From Utricularia gibba (lineage: Eukaryota; Plantae; Magnoliophyta): a DNA stretch of 64,000 nucleotides. Below, one piece after another: positions 37,440 to 50,900 of this stretch. How positions within the stretch are numbered: the first letter of the stretch is position 1; the number at the start of each line of letters is the position of its first letter. The translations under genes and the position numbers were made by a program. Below the pieces are notes generated by a model. The model was not told the DNA's origin. It worked only from the letters and a program-made list of their open reading frames with translations, and ran no database searches. The stretch is from NCBI GenBank assembly GCA_002189035.1, contig NEEC01000002.1:5084001-5148000 (forward strand), read 5' to 3'.

Positions 37440-39720
37440 GAATAGAGAGAATGAAAAATTTCATTTATGAGCATGATGCAAAGGTAAAAAAAAAAAAAAG
37501 GAGATAAGAGTAGTGGTGGAAATAAATAAATCCTATGTTGTTTTTATGTCAAAAAATTCACGGGATCTTATTCTAAAGTTAGAGCACATTTATTACATTT
37601 AAAAGGTGGTGGTATAGGAAAATGTTCAGAGATACCCCAATTAGTCTATAATGAATTGAAAGAAAAGGATAAGTAATCACATGAAAAGAATTTGTGTAAA
37701 AATTCTGCATTAAGTTCAAAAGATTGTAGGGATTCTAATGTTTTGTCTTCTATTCCAACATCACTATTGGTTACAATTGAAGACTTGGGTATGAATCATT
37801 TTAGTAGAGGAGTGAAGAGAAGAGTGCAGCAAAAGATTGATGAGGTTTTCAGTGGTTATCAAAGAGATGTAAAAGAGTTTGACTCATTAATTGCTTGAAT
37901 GTTTTATAGTGGTGGATTGCCTTTTAATCTTGCTTGAAATCCATATTATGTGAAGGCTTTTTCATATGCAGCTGCAAATACCATTTCGAGATATAAGCCT
38001 CCATCTTTTAATATTTGAGAACTAAGTTAATTGCAATAAGACAAAAAGTCAGATCGAGAAATGCTTAGAAGTTCTAAAAAGTACATGGGAGACAAAAGTA
38101 GTTACTTTAACATGTGATGGCTTGTTAGATCCTCAAAAAAGACATTTAATCAATTTTATGGTCATCAATGAAAGTGGAACAATGTTTTTGGATGTTGTGA
38201 ACTGTGAAGCCATTACAAAGATATCAAATTTATTAGTTTTCTCATGGAAAATACCATAAAAAAAGTGGAATACGGAATGTAATACAAGTTATTACTGATA
38301 ATGAGAAGGTTTGCCGAGCTGCTAGTCTTCTTATTGAAAACAAATACCATCAAATATATACATACAGCTTTAATATTTTTTTGTAAAAAAAAATAAATTC
38401 TAATATGTCTTCAATTTTTATATATATTTCTAGATCTTTTGGACTCCATGTGTGGTGCACACTCTTAACTTGATATTGAAAGAGATATATTCTCTAAAAA
38501 AACATTGTGATCAGAATAGAAAACATAATGAAGCATGCAAATGGATTGTTGAAGTTGCTGAAATTATGTTAATGATAAGACAATTTATAACAAATCATTG
38601 CATGAGATTATTTTTATTTAAGAAATATTCTAGATTGAGATTGTTGAATATAGTAGAAACATGCTTTGCTTCCCTTGTTGTTGTTACTAATCGATTTAAG
38701 TTGGTTAAGCAAGAGCTGAAAACTATGGTGATCAGTCAGGAATGGTGTGAATATAAGCATGATGATCCCGACAAGGCAAGACACATTGAAGACATTATTT
38801 TGAGCAATCCCTTTTGGGATAGTATTGATAACCTCATGGTACTTACTTCTCCAATATATGATATGCTAAGAGCATGTGATACGGATGCATCATGTCTTCA
38901 CTTGATTTATTGCACAATGTTAGGTGAGTTTCGATGATTCATAATGTTAGAAAGGCTATTTATATTTTTGAGAAAAAGAATGATGATAATGAAAGTATAT
39001 TTTTGAATGTTGTACACAATGTTTTATTGCATAAAAAGAAGCAAAGTTTGACTTAATTGCATGTTGTTGTCCATACTTTAAACCCAAGGTACGCAAATGC
39101 AATATTTTTATTATTTGCTTGATGTTTAGTATATAAACTTGCTATTTCTTGCAGGGTTGCATCACCACAATGGAAAAAAGAATATCCTCAGTTGGCATCA
39201 TCATTATAAGTGGATGAAGATATTGATATATTGGTTGAGGAGTTTTTAGGCGTCATTTCATTGATATGAATGAATTAATTTCAGCAAAAGGTGAGCTTGC
39301 AAAATTTATTGGTTATTTAGGAGATTTTGGTAACCGTGATTCTATTTTAACGAAATCAAAATTATCACCAATAGAATGGTGGATAAGTTATGACATAAAA
39401 GTTCCAATAATTCAAGGAATAGCCTTGAAATTGCTTGGTCATGTTTCTTCATCCTCAGCATGTGAGTAAAATTGGAGTACGTACAAGATGGTTTATTCAT
39501 TAAAGAGACATCGATTGACTTCAAATGTGCTGAAGATTTAGTCTATGTGCACAACAATCTTCAAGTATTATATCGAAAAACTTTAGAATATGATATAGGT
39601 GATACAAAGTTATGGGATTTCAAAAATAATTCTGATAATATTGATATATCTCCTCTTTGGTAAATTGAAAATTTATTATTAGATGAGACTGCACTTGAAA
39701 GAATAATTTTATAGGAACAA
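37440..39720 (+). pseudogene. hAT transposase with multiple stops and frameshifts
   Basis: BED-like FTGSYSKVRAHLL; DUF659-like MFYSGGLPFNLA, TLTCDG, LINFMV, VIQVITDN, WTPCVVHTLNLILKEI; dimerisation-like PIEWWISY...IALKLLGHVSSSSACE*NWSTY. Confidence 0.88.
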
Positions 39721-41210
39721 AAGTATGAAATGTTGAGCAGCCAAATTCAAGTGAGAATCTTAATCCCTATTATGATTTGAATTTGTATAAGAATGAAAAT
39801 GAAGATGATATTGAAGAATAGATTTTCTAATTTTAGTATTTTTAATTTTTTTTGAATATTATTATCTCTAATAATGTTTTCATTTTATTTTATTTTAATA
39901 TATATGAATTGTGAATTGATTAGTTTTTAAATATTTGAAATGTTTGGTAATATATTTTTTTTCTAATTTAATAAGCATAAACTTTGTATATACGAATCTT
40001 ATTATTAATTTTGTAGGATTCTTATGCATTTTACTAATCACGAATCGCGTATTCTACGAATCTAGAATCTCGAATCCGGGTAACATAGGTTTAAAGAGAT
40101 TAAATTCATTTTTATAAATGGAGGAGAAAAAATTGAAATCCGATGATAAACCCGCGAACTGAACCCAGTCCCAGTGAGAATGGTATAACAGTTATCATTC
40201 TGCAACATCAGTTTAGGTTTCCGATGAGAGAGCACTGTATGAAAGGGTAGCCTCACCGACAGAAGGTTCTGGATTAATTTGTTTATCCTTTACATTTTCT
40301 GTGACCTTGTCTGGATAGAGATGGAAAAATGAGAATGGATAGATTTATAAATGATTCATGTCCGATCCCCTGGTTTTTTCTATTCAAGACAGCTGATGGG
40401 CTTGTCTCGGTAAGGAAAAGAAACAGTAAAAACGTAGGGGAAATAGGTGGGGTGAACGAACCTCAGAATGGATGAGGCAGACCAATGTCAGTTGTTGAAC
40501 TGTTTACACGTTTGCATCTCCGCAGATATTCCGGGGTTTGTGTTTATGGTGTTTTCTTGGAAATTAGGAAGGAGACACTGAAGGGATAAAAGCTCGTGGA
40601 TATGAGATTGTTAAACTGGGGCCCTGTTTTCCGACAGGTTCTTTTCTTGTTAAGAAATGCTATGATGGTTGCTTGTCCCCATTATTGAGATTTCTGTTTC
40701 TAAAATTTGCAGATTGAAGATTCTCCACGGAACCAAGAATATGGGGAAATGATGTGCCTTGCTTTTCACTTTAAAAATTGTTGGGTTTTGAGTGGAATCT
40801 AGCATGCCTGATCATGCTATTTTGTGTGAATGGATTTTTCCAATTCTTTTTTTTTCTGGAGAGGAAAATGGCTTATTTATATTGATTTACTTGTTTGAAA
40901 GTTAGGATGTCTCCAAAAGTTTTAAGAATATTCGTTTAATTGGGAAAGCTTGTTACAGAAGAAGCCAACTAAAAATGCTTAGTGTTTTAGATTACATAGA
41001 CTTTTTTTCATTTTGCAAAGCTGAATGTACTCATTTATATCCTGAGGGATGCGCTGGATTGTGCGGGTGGCGCATTTGGTTTCATGGTGGGTGTTCTGGT
41101 CCATGGAGTAAGATTGAAAAGATTTGGATCTCTGGAACTCAGAATCCCCTGTATTGATAATCATCTGCTCCGGGCCAGCTATTTTTCATTTCCTTTTTGC
41201 TGTTTAAAAG

Positions 41211-43494
41211 ATGCCACTCGAAAGAAAGCATGGATCTGGGGATTATGCTTCGTTTCTGAATGATATTTCATCCTGGTAATGTTCAACTTTTCTGATTTTA
41301 TTGTTGACTTAGCGTTTCATGTTTCAAAATGTTGGCTTATTTGACTCAGGGTTGATGATGATTTTTCTGAGTTAGTATTCGAGAATGGACAACTTATGGT
41401 GAAAAGTCAAGCTATTAGTGCTTCGAGAGCTCCTCTGACTACAAATTCCCATTTTTCTCCTTCTGGAGCTCATGTTGATACTGTCAAAGGGCGCACATCT
41501 TTTTCAGAAGCGGAAAAATTCGTCAATATTGAGTCTTTTTTGCATGATAAGTCGCCTTTATTGCTATCAGGTGAATTGGATCTCTGTCTAAAGGATGAAA
41601 TGGTTCCATGGTTAGGTTACCCGTTGGGTGATTATACTGAACGAGTGTGCAGCTCTGAGGTTTTTTCTGAGGTATCTAGAGATGTGGGAAATCAGTTTTC
41701 GACAGATAATAGTTCAGATCCTGTAGTAGAAAGTGGTAATGGTGGTGAAGAAGGATTGGCTGATCTGCATTGCTGCAACGATGCCCTGAAGACTTATAAT
41801 TTTCCTTCTAAAGCTAACGTTCTATGGCCACCTCAGGATACACTGATACCAGGAGGTGCAGCTTCTGATCTTCTGAATATTAGGAGCATCCAAACTGATG
41901 ATAAGAGGGAGAGTCAAATAAAAGGACTGCCCATGACAGCTTCAAAGTTGGTGAGTTTCCCCCACATCTCTAGACATACCACCAATTTCCAAAAACCAAA
42001 AGAGGTTCTGACTTCTGTTTTATCAGCCGAGGGAGAGATGCAAAGCCAGGGTAAAGGTTTGTCTGTCAATGATAGTATAGAAAAACGCATGAGCCCTGCG
42101 CTGTATGGTAGCATGAGTAAGGGCAATGAGCCTCATGTTCCGTTTGTTCCTGGAACATTGTCATATTCTGAGCAGCCAGTGATCGACTTACTGGACCAGG
42201 AAAGGAATGATTTTTTACAGAATGATGCTGCCATCAACCACAAGAATTTTCCGAGTTCTATTGACTTTGTAAAACAAATCCCTGGTGATGGGAGATCTCT
42301 TGAGACCCACATTGCCTGCTCATCCAGAGGCATTGTTCCCCGTGCTGATATAATTTCATGCAATAAAAAAAACACTTGTAACATGAAGTTTGATGATAGT
42401 GAGGATTCCGATGGCCACAGCAGTGTGAGTGAATAGAGTTCTTAGCCTTGTCAATTGTTGGTTTCCCTTAGCTATCATTCATCTTTTTGACTGATGTACA
42501 GGTTAGTATTCTGGAGTGTGCCGGTACGAAACTATCTTCTCCTCCACAAAACAGTTCTGGATCAAAAAGAAGACGGACAGCTGAAGTGCATAATCATTCA
42601 GAAAGGGTCAGCTCGGAATATTTCAACTGTTGATTCTGCTGATTTTCATCAGGCCACTAGTTATTCCGCATTTTATCAAATCTCCATAAGTGAGCATGGT
42701 TTCTTATCCATGATTTATCAACAGAGGCGTCGGAATAGGATCAATGAAAAACTGAAGGAACTTCAGGAACTTATACCAAATTCCATTAAGGTAAAATTCC
42801 AGATTTCTGCTTTGGGTGCAACCTTTAGCATTCTTTAGTTAAAAAGACTGAATTTTTCTACCCTGTTCAGTTGATCTTGTGAAATTCTTACAAATTGAAT
42901 CCTTCACATTGTTTGTGTATTCGAATCTACACAGTTTCAGGTTTTCCAACTGCAAATGTTTTTTTTCATTGGCAGACAGATAAAGCTTCTGTGCTGGATC
43001 AAGCAACTGAATACTTGAAAATGCTGAAACTTCAAGTACAGGTAAGTTGAAGCTCCCTGATATCATCTTGAGCATGACTCGAACGGTACTGACTATGCGG
43101 TTCAGTTGATACCAGCAGCGATAAGTTTAACATTTCCTGACTGTACAAGGTTGTCTCTAAGATCATCTGCATTTATCCTCTGACGCAGGCTATCTCCATG
43201 GGAAAAGGACTATGCATGTCATCAATGTTGCCACCAGGAATGCAAGCCATGTATCCTTATCATTTCACGCATATTCTACAAATGGGAATCGGGTCAGGAA
43301 TGGATGCACAATTCAGAGTCGGTATGCCTCCGAACGATAGGTTTCTGATTTCTCCGGCGACTCCGATGCATCAACCCCATCCTTCAATGCTCCCTCCGGT
43401 GGTGCATCCAAATTTGCAGCATCCGGAGTATCAGACCTCGGAGGTCAGGGTGAACAGCCTCCACGATCATCATCAGTGGCGCCCGATCCCGTGA
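41211..43494 (+). CDS. PIF3: Phytochrome-interacting factor-like bHLH transcription factor, PIF3-like (~560 aa)
   Basis: Exons 41211-41275, 41350-42424, 42502-42606, 42725-42790, 42976-43041 and 43189-43494 join in frame. MPL start; APB-like ELVFENGQ; bHLH [55 protein letters not shown]; Met/Pro-rich C-terminus. Orthology within the PIF family is untested. Confidence 0.82.
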
Positions 43495-46400
43495 ACACAA
43501 CTACAGACACTAGTTCTAATTCCGCCTAGTAGCTTTTTTTTGTATTGAGGATTTTGTGTTTCTATTAGTTACGAGTTTTGGGACCAGATTTTAATTATTA
43601 AATATCTACAAATTAAAAAAAAGGCAAAGTTTTTAATTATTCAATCAAAACTTTATCCTGTATTATCGGCATGCTTCTTGGTGGAGGCATCCGATATTTC
43701 CTATTTGGCTATAATGACATGTTTAGTTTTCTTTGACGCATTAAACAAAATAACCAATAATATATTTAATACCAATATAACTCCTTTTTATTATATGAAT
43801 ATTAAGGATAATTGATCTCCAGCATTTAAATATCAATCATTTTTATAGAAAAATTGGTGTCAAATGCAATTGGCGTCAACATCCTAACTGCCATGGAAAA
43901 TGGTAAAATTGATATCCATATCAAATTCTAACTTCTTCTCAAATACTACAGCTGGTTGCTGCCTCACCGTTGCTCGTCCATTGCCTCCTCGCCACACCAC
44001 CCATCGGCGTGGGTGCAGGTGGTGGCAGCACCGAAAGGGCAGCTGCACGAATCACGATGGCTGTTGGAGCAAATTCGTGTGAGAAAAACCAGTGAACACG
44101 CTGATACACTGAGATAAAAGGAAAGAAAACATTGTCTGTTACGCTAAGAAAGAAACTCTTTTGTTATTTTATCTATTGGGCCATTATAAACCCACAAATG
44201 ATATTTAAGACGTCATGTACCCTTATAGCCGTATGCAATTATTGGCTCTATGTTTGTTCTTATCTCATTTGCCCATATGCTCTACTGCATCAAGTTTTTA
44301 TCTTTGCAAGACTAACATGGTATCTAAGCTTCAAGTCAAAAGCTTAGACCTGTAGAAGCAAAGGAGGAAGAAAGGTTTGTTTTTTTGATCAATCATGGCT
44401 GCACAAAGTAACACTCAAGGGCCACAATGTTTAATGACACCAACTATCAAAAATCGGTACTCAAGATGAGTACCTACCTGAAATTTATGAAAAATTGGGA
44501 TGTTGTAGAGAATGACATTCTGATCTAGTCATTTCTAAAGACTCTACCATGGAACAAATCAGAGGGGCTGACAAACTTCAAGAGAAGAAGTAGCCAACAT
44601 TGAATCCTTTCCATCAAGCACTAACTGAGCCCATGTTTGACATGGAGGCCTCTTGTATGTAAGTGAAGGAAATTTGGGATATCCTGCATGAAATATATGC
44701 AGATGATGAAAATCTTGAGAAGTTTGAATTAAAGGCCAAGATGGATGACTTTGAACCAAACAAAATGTCAGAGATAGAAATATTACAATCATATAACGAA
44801 CGTAGTACCAAGATTTTTAGTGAGTTGAGAGCTTTGATTAAGAAAATTCTTGAATCTAAAGTCATTGACAGAACCATCATGAACCTACATGAGAAGTTTT
44901 GATGCCAAAATATGTGGCATGGAAGCAGAAGAAAAGGCCAAAAAGAACATCAAATAGAAACTCAAGAAAATTCTTCTAAAATATCCTATGACACATGAGT
45001 TATCATTTAGAGAAATTAATTCTTGAATTACAATCTGCTGAAAGAAGAATGATTCAACGAGCCAAAGGTGATTCTAACATTGAATTTTCCCTACTGTCTA
45101 AATCTACAAAGAATCAAGTTTTCCATGAGGATATCCAAGATTGGCCATCTACAAATTCATCTAAGATAGAAGGAAAGTGCACACATTGTAGCAAGTCTAA
45201 TCATAAATCAGTTGATTGTTGGACAATGTCATCTAATGCATGCAGACACGTGGAAACCAAAATCATAGATCAGATTTTTGTTGAAAGATACCTAATGTTG
45301 TATGCTCATTATGCAAAAAACACAGATAAAGTATGTTTCACTGATAAACGGAAATTTTAGTATATCGTTGCAAATAAAGCAAATTTCCATATCAAATAAA
45401 TTTATTAGCCCTAATCTACACAAAATACAAATTTAGAAAACATATATAGTGGATGTCGGGGTCGATCACGAAGAGCTTGTGCTTGCTAAGTGTTTTAGTA
45501 AATGCATAATTCGGGATAATAGGAAGTCTTGGTCGAAGTTCGGACTAGCAGTGGCAAGTATGTTCAGTAAACAAGATAAGTAAACAATATCAGATCTTAA
45601 CACTAAGGTAACAGGTACTAGTTATAACTTATAATAATACTAACGTGCCTTAAGGATCTATAGGTGGTGTGGTGTCAAAATTCCTAATTTAATCTATCAT
45701 GTTCCTACACTCACAACTTCAAATAACCTAAGTCTACCTAGGTCATTCATCATATTTTCAGCTAAGCTAGTCCTCCATATCATCACCAACCTTACAATTA
45801 GGTCTACCTGCATGCAAAGCATATAGAACTAGGTCTACCCGGTTCTATTGGTTCTAACCCGGACTAACACCTACTGCTCCCGTTTTGATTTGTTGGTCTA
45901 CCTCTAAATCAAGCATCTAAGTTGTGAAACTATTTGTTCCCCTCCTTAGGTCTACTCATGGCTTGATAGAAACAAGAGCTAAGGGACAATGGTGAATTTT
46001 ATTAAGACTCCTAGACTCACTCCACCATGCTTCACCTTAAGGCACTCATAGGGTTTAGCTACTCATGCTTTGAAGGTAAAAAGTGATGGCATTAACATAA
46101 AACAACGAACATGCCGAGAACATTGTGTAGAAGTTGGGTGCAAAAGTTAAAAACATCAACAAGCTAAGATAAAACAGTAAGGTTTCTAGATTTCGTGTGC
46201 CACTATTCACAGGTCGGAACAATGGCGCTGAACTGAGTCTTGATCTTCTTCCTCCTTCTCCTTCAGTATTCTTCTGTGTTCGTGTTGGGGGAGAAACCCC
46301 CTCATGTGTATTCTGAAAATTCTGGGGTGTGTCCCTCTTTTGCGACTCTCTCTCTTCCTCCTTTTCTCGCCTCCCACTGCTTAAAGCAAGTACATTCTTT

Positions 46401-46869
46401 GACAGATCTGCTGCTCCTGGCCCTGACCTGTAGACTGCCACCGTGACAGTGTACTCATTGCCCCCCTGCAGCCTAGTGACTTGCACGAAATCTAAATTTT
46501 TCCTTGATTCTTGGGTTGCTGCTAGATCGGGTTAGACATGGGGTGGGCTAAATCAAAGGATTTAGCCCACTAATCACACCAAAAATTACATTTTACTAAA
46601 TTAAATAAAAACACTTAAAACTATAAAATAAACACTTAAACCTAATTAAAAATTTATGATTTTTCATATCCTAAAACATGAAAATTTGTGTGTTATCACA
46701 CGATACTACAACGACACTAGACTTGTCCCCAAGTCTTACCTAAGACTAACAGAAAACTGGTTCTTTCAACATCAGTGATGAACATAGAACTGAGAATAAA
46801 TTTCGGTGCATGAGCTATACAAGTGCAAGTGTGCATGTCATTTCATCACTCAAATGTCATTCATGAACA

Positions 46870-47606
46870 TAGGGACTAATTTTGGGAGAAATTTATTTAC
46901 CTTCTCAATCTCTTCCCGCTCTTCTTCAGTTGTGCTCACAGCAGTTTCTGCAAGTGGAGTCCCCTGCTCTTTTTGACCTCGGACTAGTGGCTGCATACCC
47001 TGTTCGTCTGTTCCCTATTCATATCCTGTTTCATTTTTATCTCCAGCCTCCTCTTGATTCTTTTCCAGAATTTCATTTTCAGCCTTAGGCTCTTCTTCTG
47101 CTGTCCCTTCTTCTTTTCTGGAAATTCCAGCATTTTCCTCTACGGCAGGCAGCATTTGTTCTTCGAGTGCAGCAGATTCCTTCTCAGGCACAGGTTCCTC
47201 CCGAAATGCCTTCTGCTTTTTCGTTCTATGTTTCTTCTCCTTCTTCTTAGGCGAGACCTGCGGCTCTGCAGGTGGTTCTTCTGCTGGAGCTTTTCTCTTC
47301 TTGTAAGTTTTCTGCATATCCTTCAATCGTTGCTGAAGGCTGATATGCTCTAACTTGGAGGATGGGCCCTTTTGTTTTTTTCCGTTTAGAGGACTCCCCA
47401 ACCTCCGCTGTCTGGGGGATCACGTCTGCTTCTCGAGGATTCTCTGCAGTGGCAGCAGCAGGCTGAACCACTTCTTTCTGGGTCGGAGCAACAGTTGTGG
47501 TTGCTTCAGCATCCCCTGTTCCTTCCTTCGCTTGCTCCTTTCTCGTCTTTTTCCGGCCAGTCTTCTCTTTTGCGACATTCTTTGTGCTTCGTGTCGCCGG
47601 CATCAT
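46870..47606 (-). pseudogene. Extra ORF between pol and the 3' LTR of the Athila-like element; K/E-rich, frameshifted
   Basis: ORF 47247-47606 (MPATRSTKNVAKEK...) shifts at an A7 run near 47375 into ORF 47015-47401, and the acidic text continues past a TAG to ~46870. Confidence 0.6.
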
Positions 47607-47932
47607 GTTTCTACAGCTGTAATTTTTCGCAGAAAAATCGCAGACAAATGGGTGAAGTGAAGAAAAACAGTAACGGCTCTTCTAAGTACTTTCAAGCAGT
47701 AGGGGCATTTCTATCATTTCCCTCTGTTACAACTTCCCACTCATCTCAACGGTCTAATTTTCATAGCTCCCCTCAATACTAATAATCATTTCCCAGCAGC
47801 ACAAAATACGGATAAAATTCCTAAAATAATAACATTAAACTAGAAATTAAAATGCTGAAATTAAAGACTTAGCCATGGGTTGCCTCCCACAAGCGCCCTT
47901 GTTTATAGTCTTGGAACCGACTTCTCGTGTGG

Positions 47933-50900
47933 CTACGTTTCTGGAGCATCCATCAGCTTGATCATCTCCAGATTTCTTGTGAACATTTTAGCATTTTCAT
48001 AAAAAATCTTTAGGTGATGTCTATTTACCAAAAATCCTTTGTTTGAGTCTCCATCAAATATCTCCACGGCACCATTTGGAAAAATTTCTTTCACAACAAA
48101 AGGTCCTATCCATGTTGATTTCAGCTTCCCAGGATGCAATTTCAACTTGAATTGAAATAATAAAACCTTCTGAATAATCTCGAAATTCCTTTTGGAAATA
48201 TGCGCATCGTGATAGCTCTTAGCCCAAGCTTTGAATAGTTTTGAGCTCTCGTACGCGTCATTTCTCAACTCCTCCAGTTCTGAAAGTTGGAGCTTCCTAT
48301 GGCTTGCACTAAGGTCTCTAAGTTTAACTTCTTCACAGCCCATGTTGCGTGTCGTTTCCTCAAAAAATTTAAATATTTAAAACGTAGGACACTAGAAAGC
48401 GTAGTACGAGTATCGATCACAGGGAGTTGTTTTTCGTGAAAAGTGTTTGGTAAGAAACTTCTACAAAATGTCACGGTTTTGTAAGAGAGGGTTTTTAAGA
48501 TGCAAAAATGAAAGTTATAACTTAAGTGATGGGCCTTGACTACGGGACGCAGTTCCTGGGAATAAGACTACATCTCCTTCATTTGTCCGTCCTTGTCTCG
48601 GTTTTCACTGATTTCTTCCAAATAGCTAGTTATAGAAGCAAGGAATAGCCTACTCTCCCTTACACTCTAATTGACAAGGAGGCACGGGAATAGCCTCATG
48701 TGATTCCCCCTTGGACAATTAGGAAGACAAGAGGATTGCCTTCAAAACCAAATTGTGTGCGTGTGCCTGGCTGTTGCCAATGGCCAGTGGCAAGTCCGAG
48801 GTCACAACCTGTCCACTGTCGCGGTACCTAGGCCACAAACAATCTGCTACTTCCCTCGAACCAGTAGGGTTGGAGTTGGTGCTCTTCACCTTGATTTTCA
48901 CCAAAATCCGTGAGAAGTGGCCTGCTACTCATGGACCTTGACTAAGAGTCATTACTGAAAGACTGCAACAAGACACGTGGAAGTATGCGAAATCCGAATT
49001 GAATTCAGTGAAGAACCGAGTGTATTGCTCAAGACTTGGAAGGAAACTTCATCTACTTCTCAGAAACTAAAGGTTTTTAGCCCGAAAGGGCCATGGAAAC
49101 AGAAACGAAAAGAAACTAAGTGTTCTTCCTCCTTGAGAGGAGGAAGAACTCAAAAGTTCTAAGTACAAGAGAAATTGTTCAAAATTCCAAAACTAAGTGC
49201 TCCAAGTGGTTTTTATATGACTTCCCACGTGCATTAACTCCTTTGGGTCCCCTTCCCATCATTCCTTCTGTCGCGCCACCAGACTTTGTGCCCAATCATT
49301 GCTGCAGACTCTGACATGCCATAAGTCAGGGGCCTTGAGTAGTGTCATGCTTCCGCCCACAATCATTCCAACTTGCGTACAAGGCACAAAAACTCAGAGT
49401 GTGACCACTTGCAATACTCATGCAACACTCTATGACAGTCTCCTAACATGTTTCGGTCAAAGTGTGAGAAAAAAGACATAAAATATACACAAAATGGGAA
49501 AATAGGAATTTTCTAGTAAAAATCAAATACTTAATAATAAGACTCCTAATTTGGGCGACTTCATACATAATTAACACATAATAATATCTAATAATTAACT
49601 AGAAAATGACACTTAACAGCCCACTAGGCCTTGTGCTCAAGAGCTGCTGGTAATCTACAAGGCTTCCCATAGACCAATTGAAATGGTGAGGTCCTAATGG
49701 GGGTCTTGTATGCTGTCCGTATAGCCCAAAGTGCATCTTTCAACCTCATGCTCCAGTCCTTCCTACTTGGGTTCACGACTTTCTCCAGAATTTGTTTGAT
49801 TTCCCTGTTGGAGACTTCAGTTTGTCCATTGGTCTGTGGATGGTACGCTATAGAAGGCTTGTACCAAACATTGAAATGCTTCAAAACACTCCTTAAGGCC
49901 TGATTGTAAAAATAGGTTCCCCTAACACTGATCAGCGCCTTAGAAGTTCCATATCTCGTGAAGATGCTGTTGCGCAAGAAATTAATCACAGTCTTGGCAT
50001 CATCAGTCCGTGTAGGGATTGCCTCAATTCATTTGGACACATAATCAACCGCAACCAAAATGTAGTTGTAACCTGCTGAAATAGGAAATGGTCCAATAAA
50101 ATCTATACCCCATACATCAAATAATTCACATACAAGGATTCCTTGCTGAGACATTTCGTTTCGGTTTGATAAATTTCCTACCCTTTGGCATGGTTCACAA
50201 CCTTTGCAATAGGCGTAACATTCTCTGAAAATATGTGGCCAATAAAATCCGCAATCTATAATTTTTCTTGCTGTTCTATTTGATCCATGACGGCCACCAA
50301 AAGGTCCTGCATGACAAGAATCAATTATTTTTGGAATTTCATTTTCATGAACGCACCTTCGAATGACGCCATCATTGCATCTCTTCCATCAATATGGATC
50401 ATCCTATATGTAGTATTTGGCATCACTCTTCAGCTTGTTCCTCGCATGATAGTTCATTCCAGGTGGCATCACCCCTGTTGAAACATAGTTTGCAAGATCA
50501 GCAAACCACAGTTCACATATACTAGTCCGAACTAAGAATAGTTGTTCATCCGGAAACGTTTCAGTGATGATTCCATCTCCTTCACTTCCTTCAATTCTAC
50601 TGAGATGATCAGCCACAAGGTTCTCCCTTCCAGGCATGTCCTTTATCTCAACATCAAACTCTTGAACAAGAAGGACCCATCTAATAAGTCTTGGTTTGGA
50701 GTCCTTCTTCTCCATCAAGTGCTTCACCGCTGAATGATCACTGTATACCACCACTTTGCTACCTAACAGATAAGAACGAAATTTTTCCAATGCAAAAATA
50801 ACAGTAAGGAATTCCCTTTCAGTGATGGTATAATTTTTCTGAGTCTCATCCAAGGTTTTCGAAGCATAAGAGATAACATGGTGCTTTCCTTCAATTTTTT

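Larger units (their letters stand above)
35713..40088 (+). mobile_element. hAT DNA transposon (BED-DUF659-dimerisation type), degenerate, both ends intact
   Basis: TIRs CTATGTTACCC (35713) / GGGTAACATAG (ends at 40088) with a perfect 8-bp TSD GTTTAAAG (35705-35712, 40089-40096). Confidence 0.92.

Noticed and set aside
43900-44061. GC-rich stretch 3' of the PIF gene with a short ORF
   Set aside because: No recognisable product, and it is cut by the Copia LTR at 44062; it cannot be assigned
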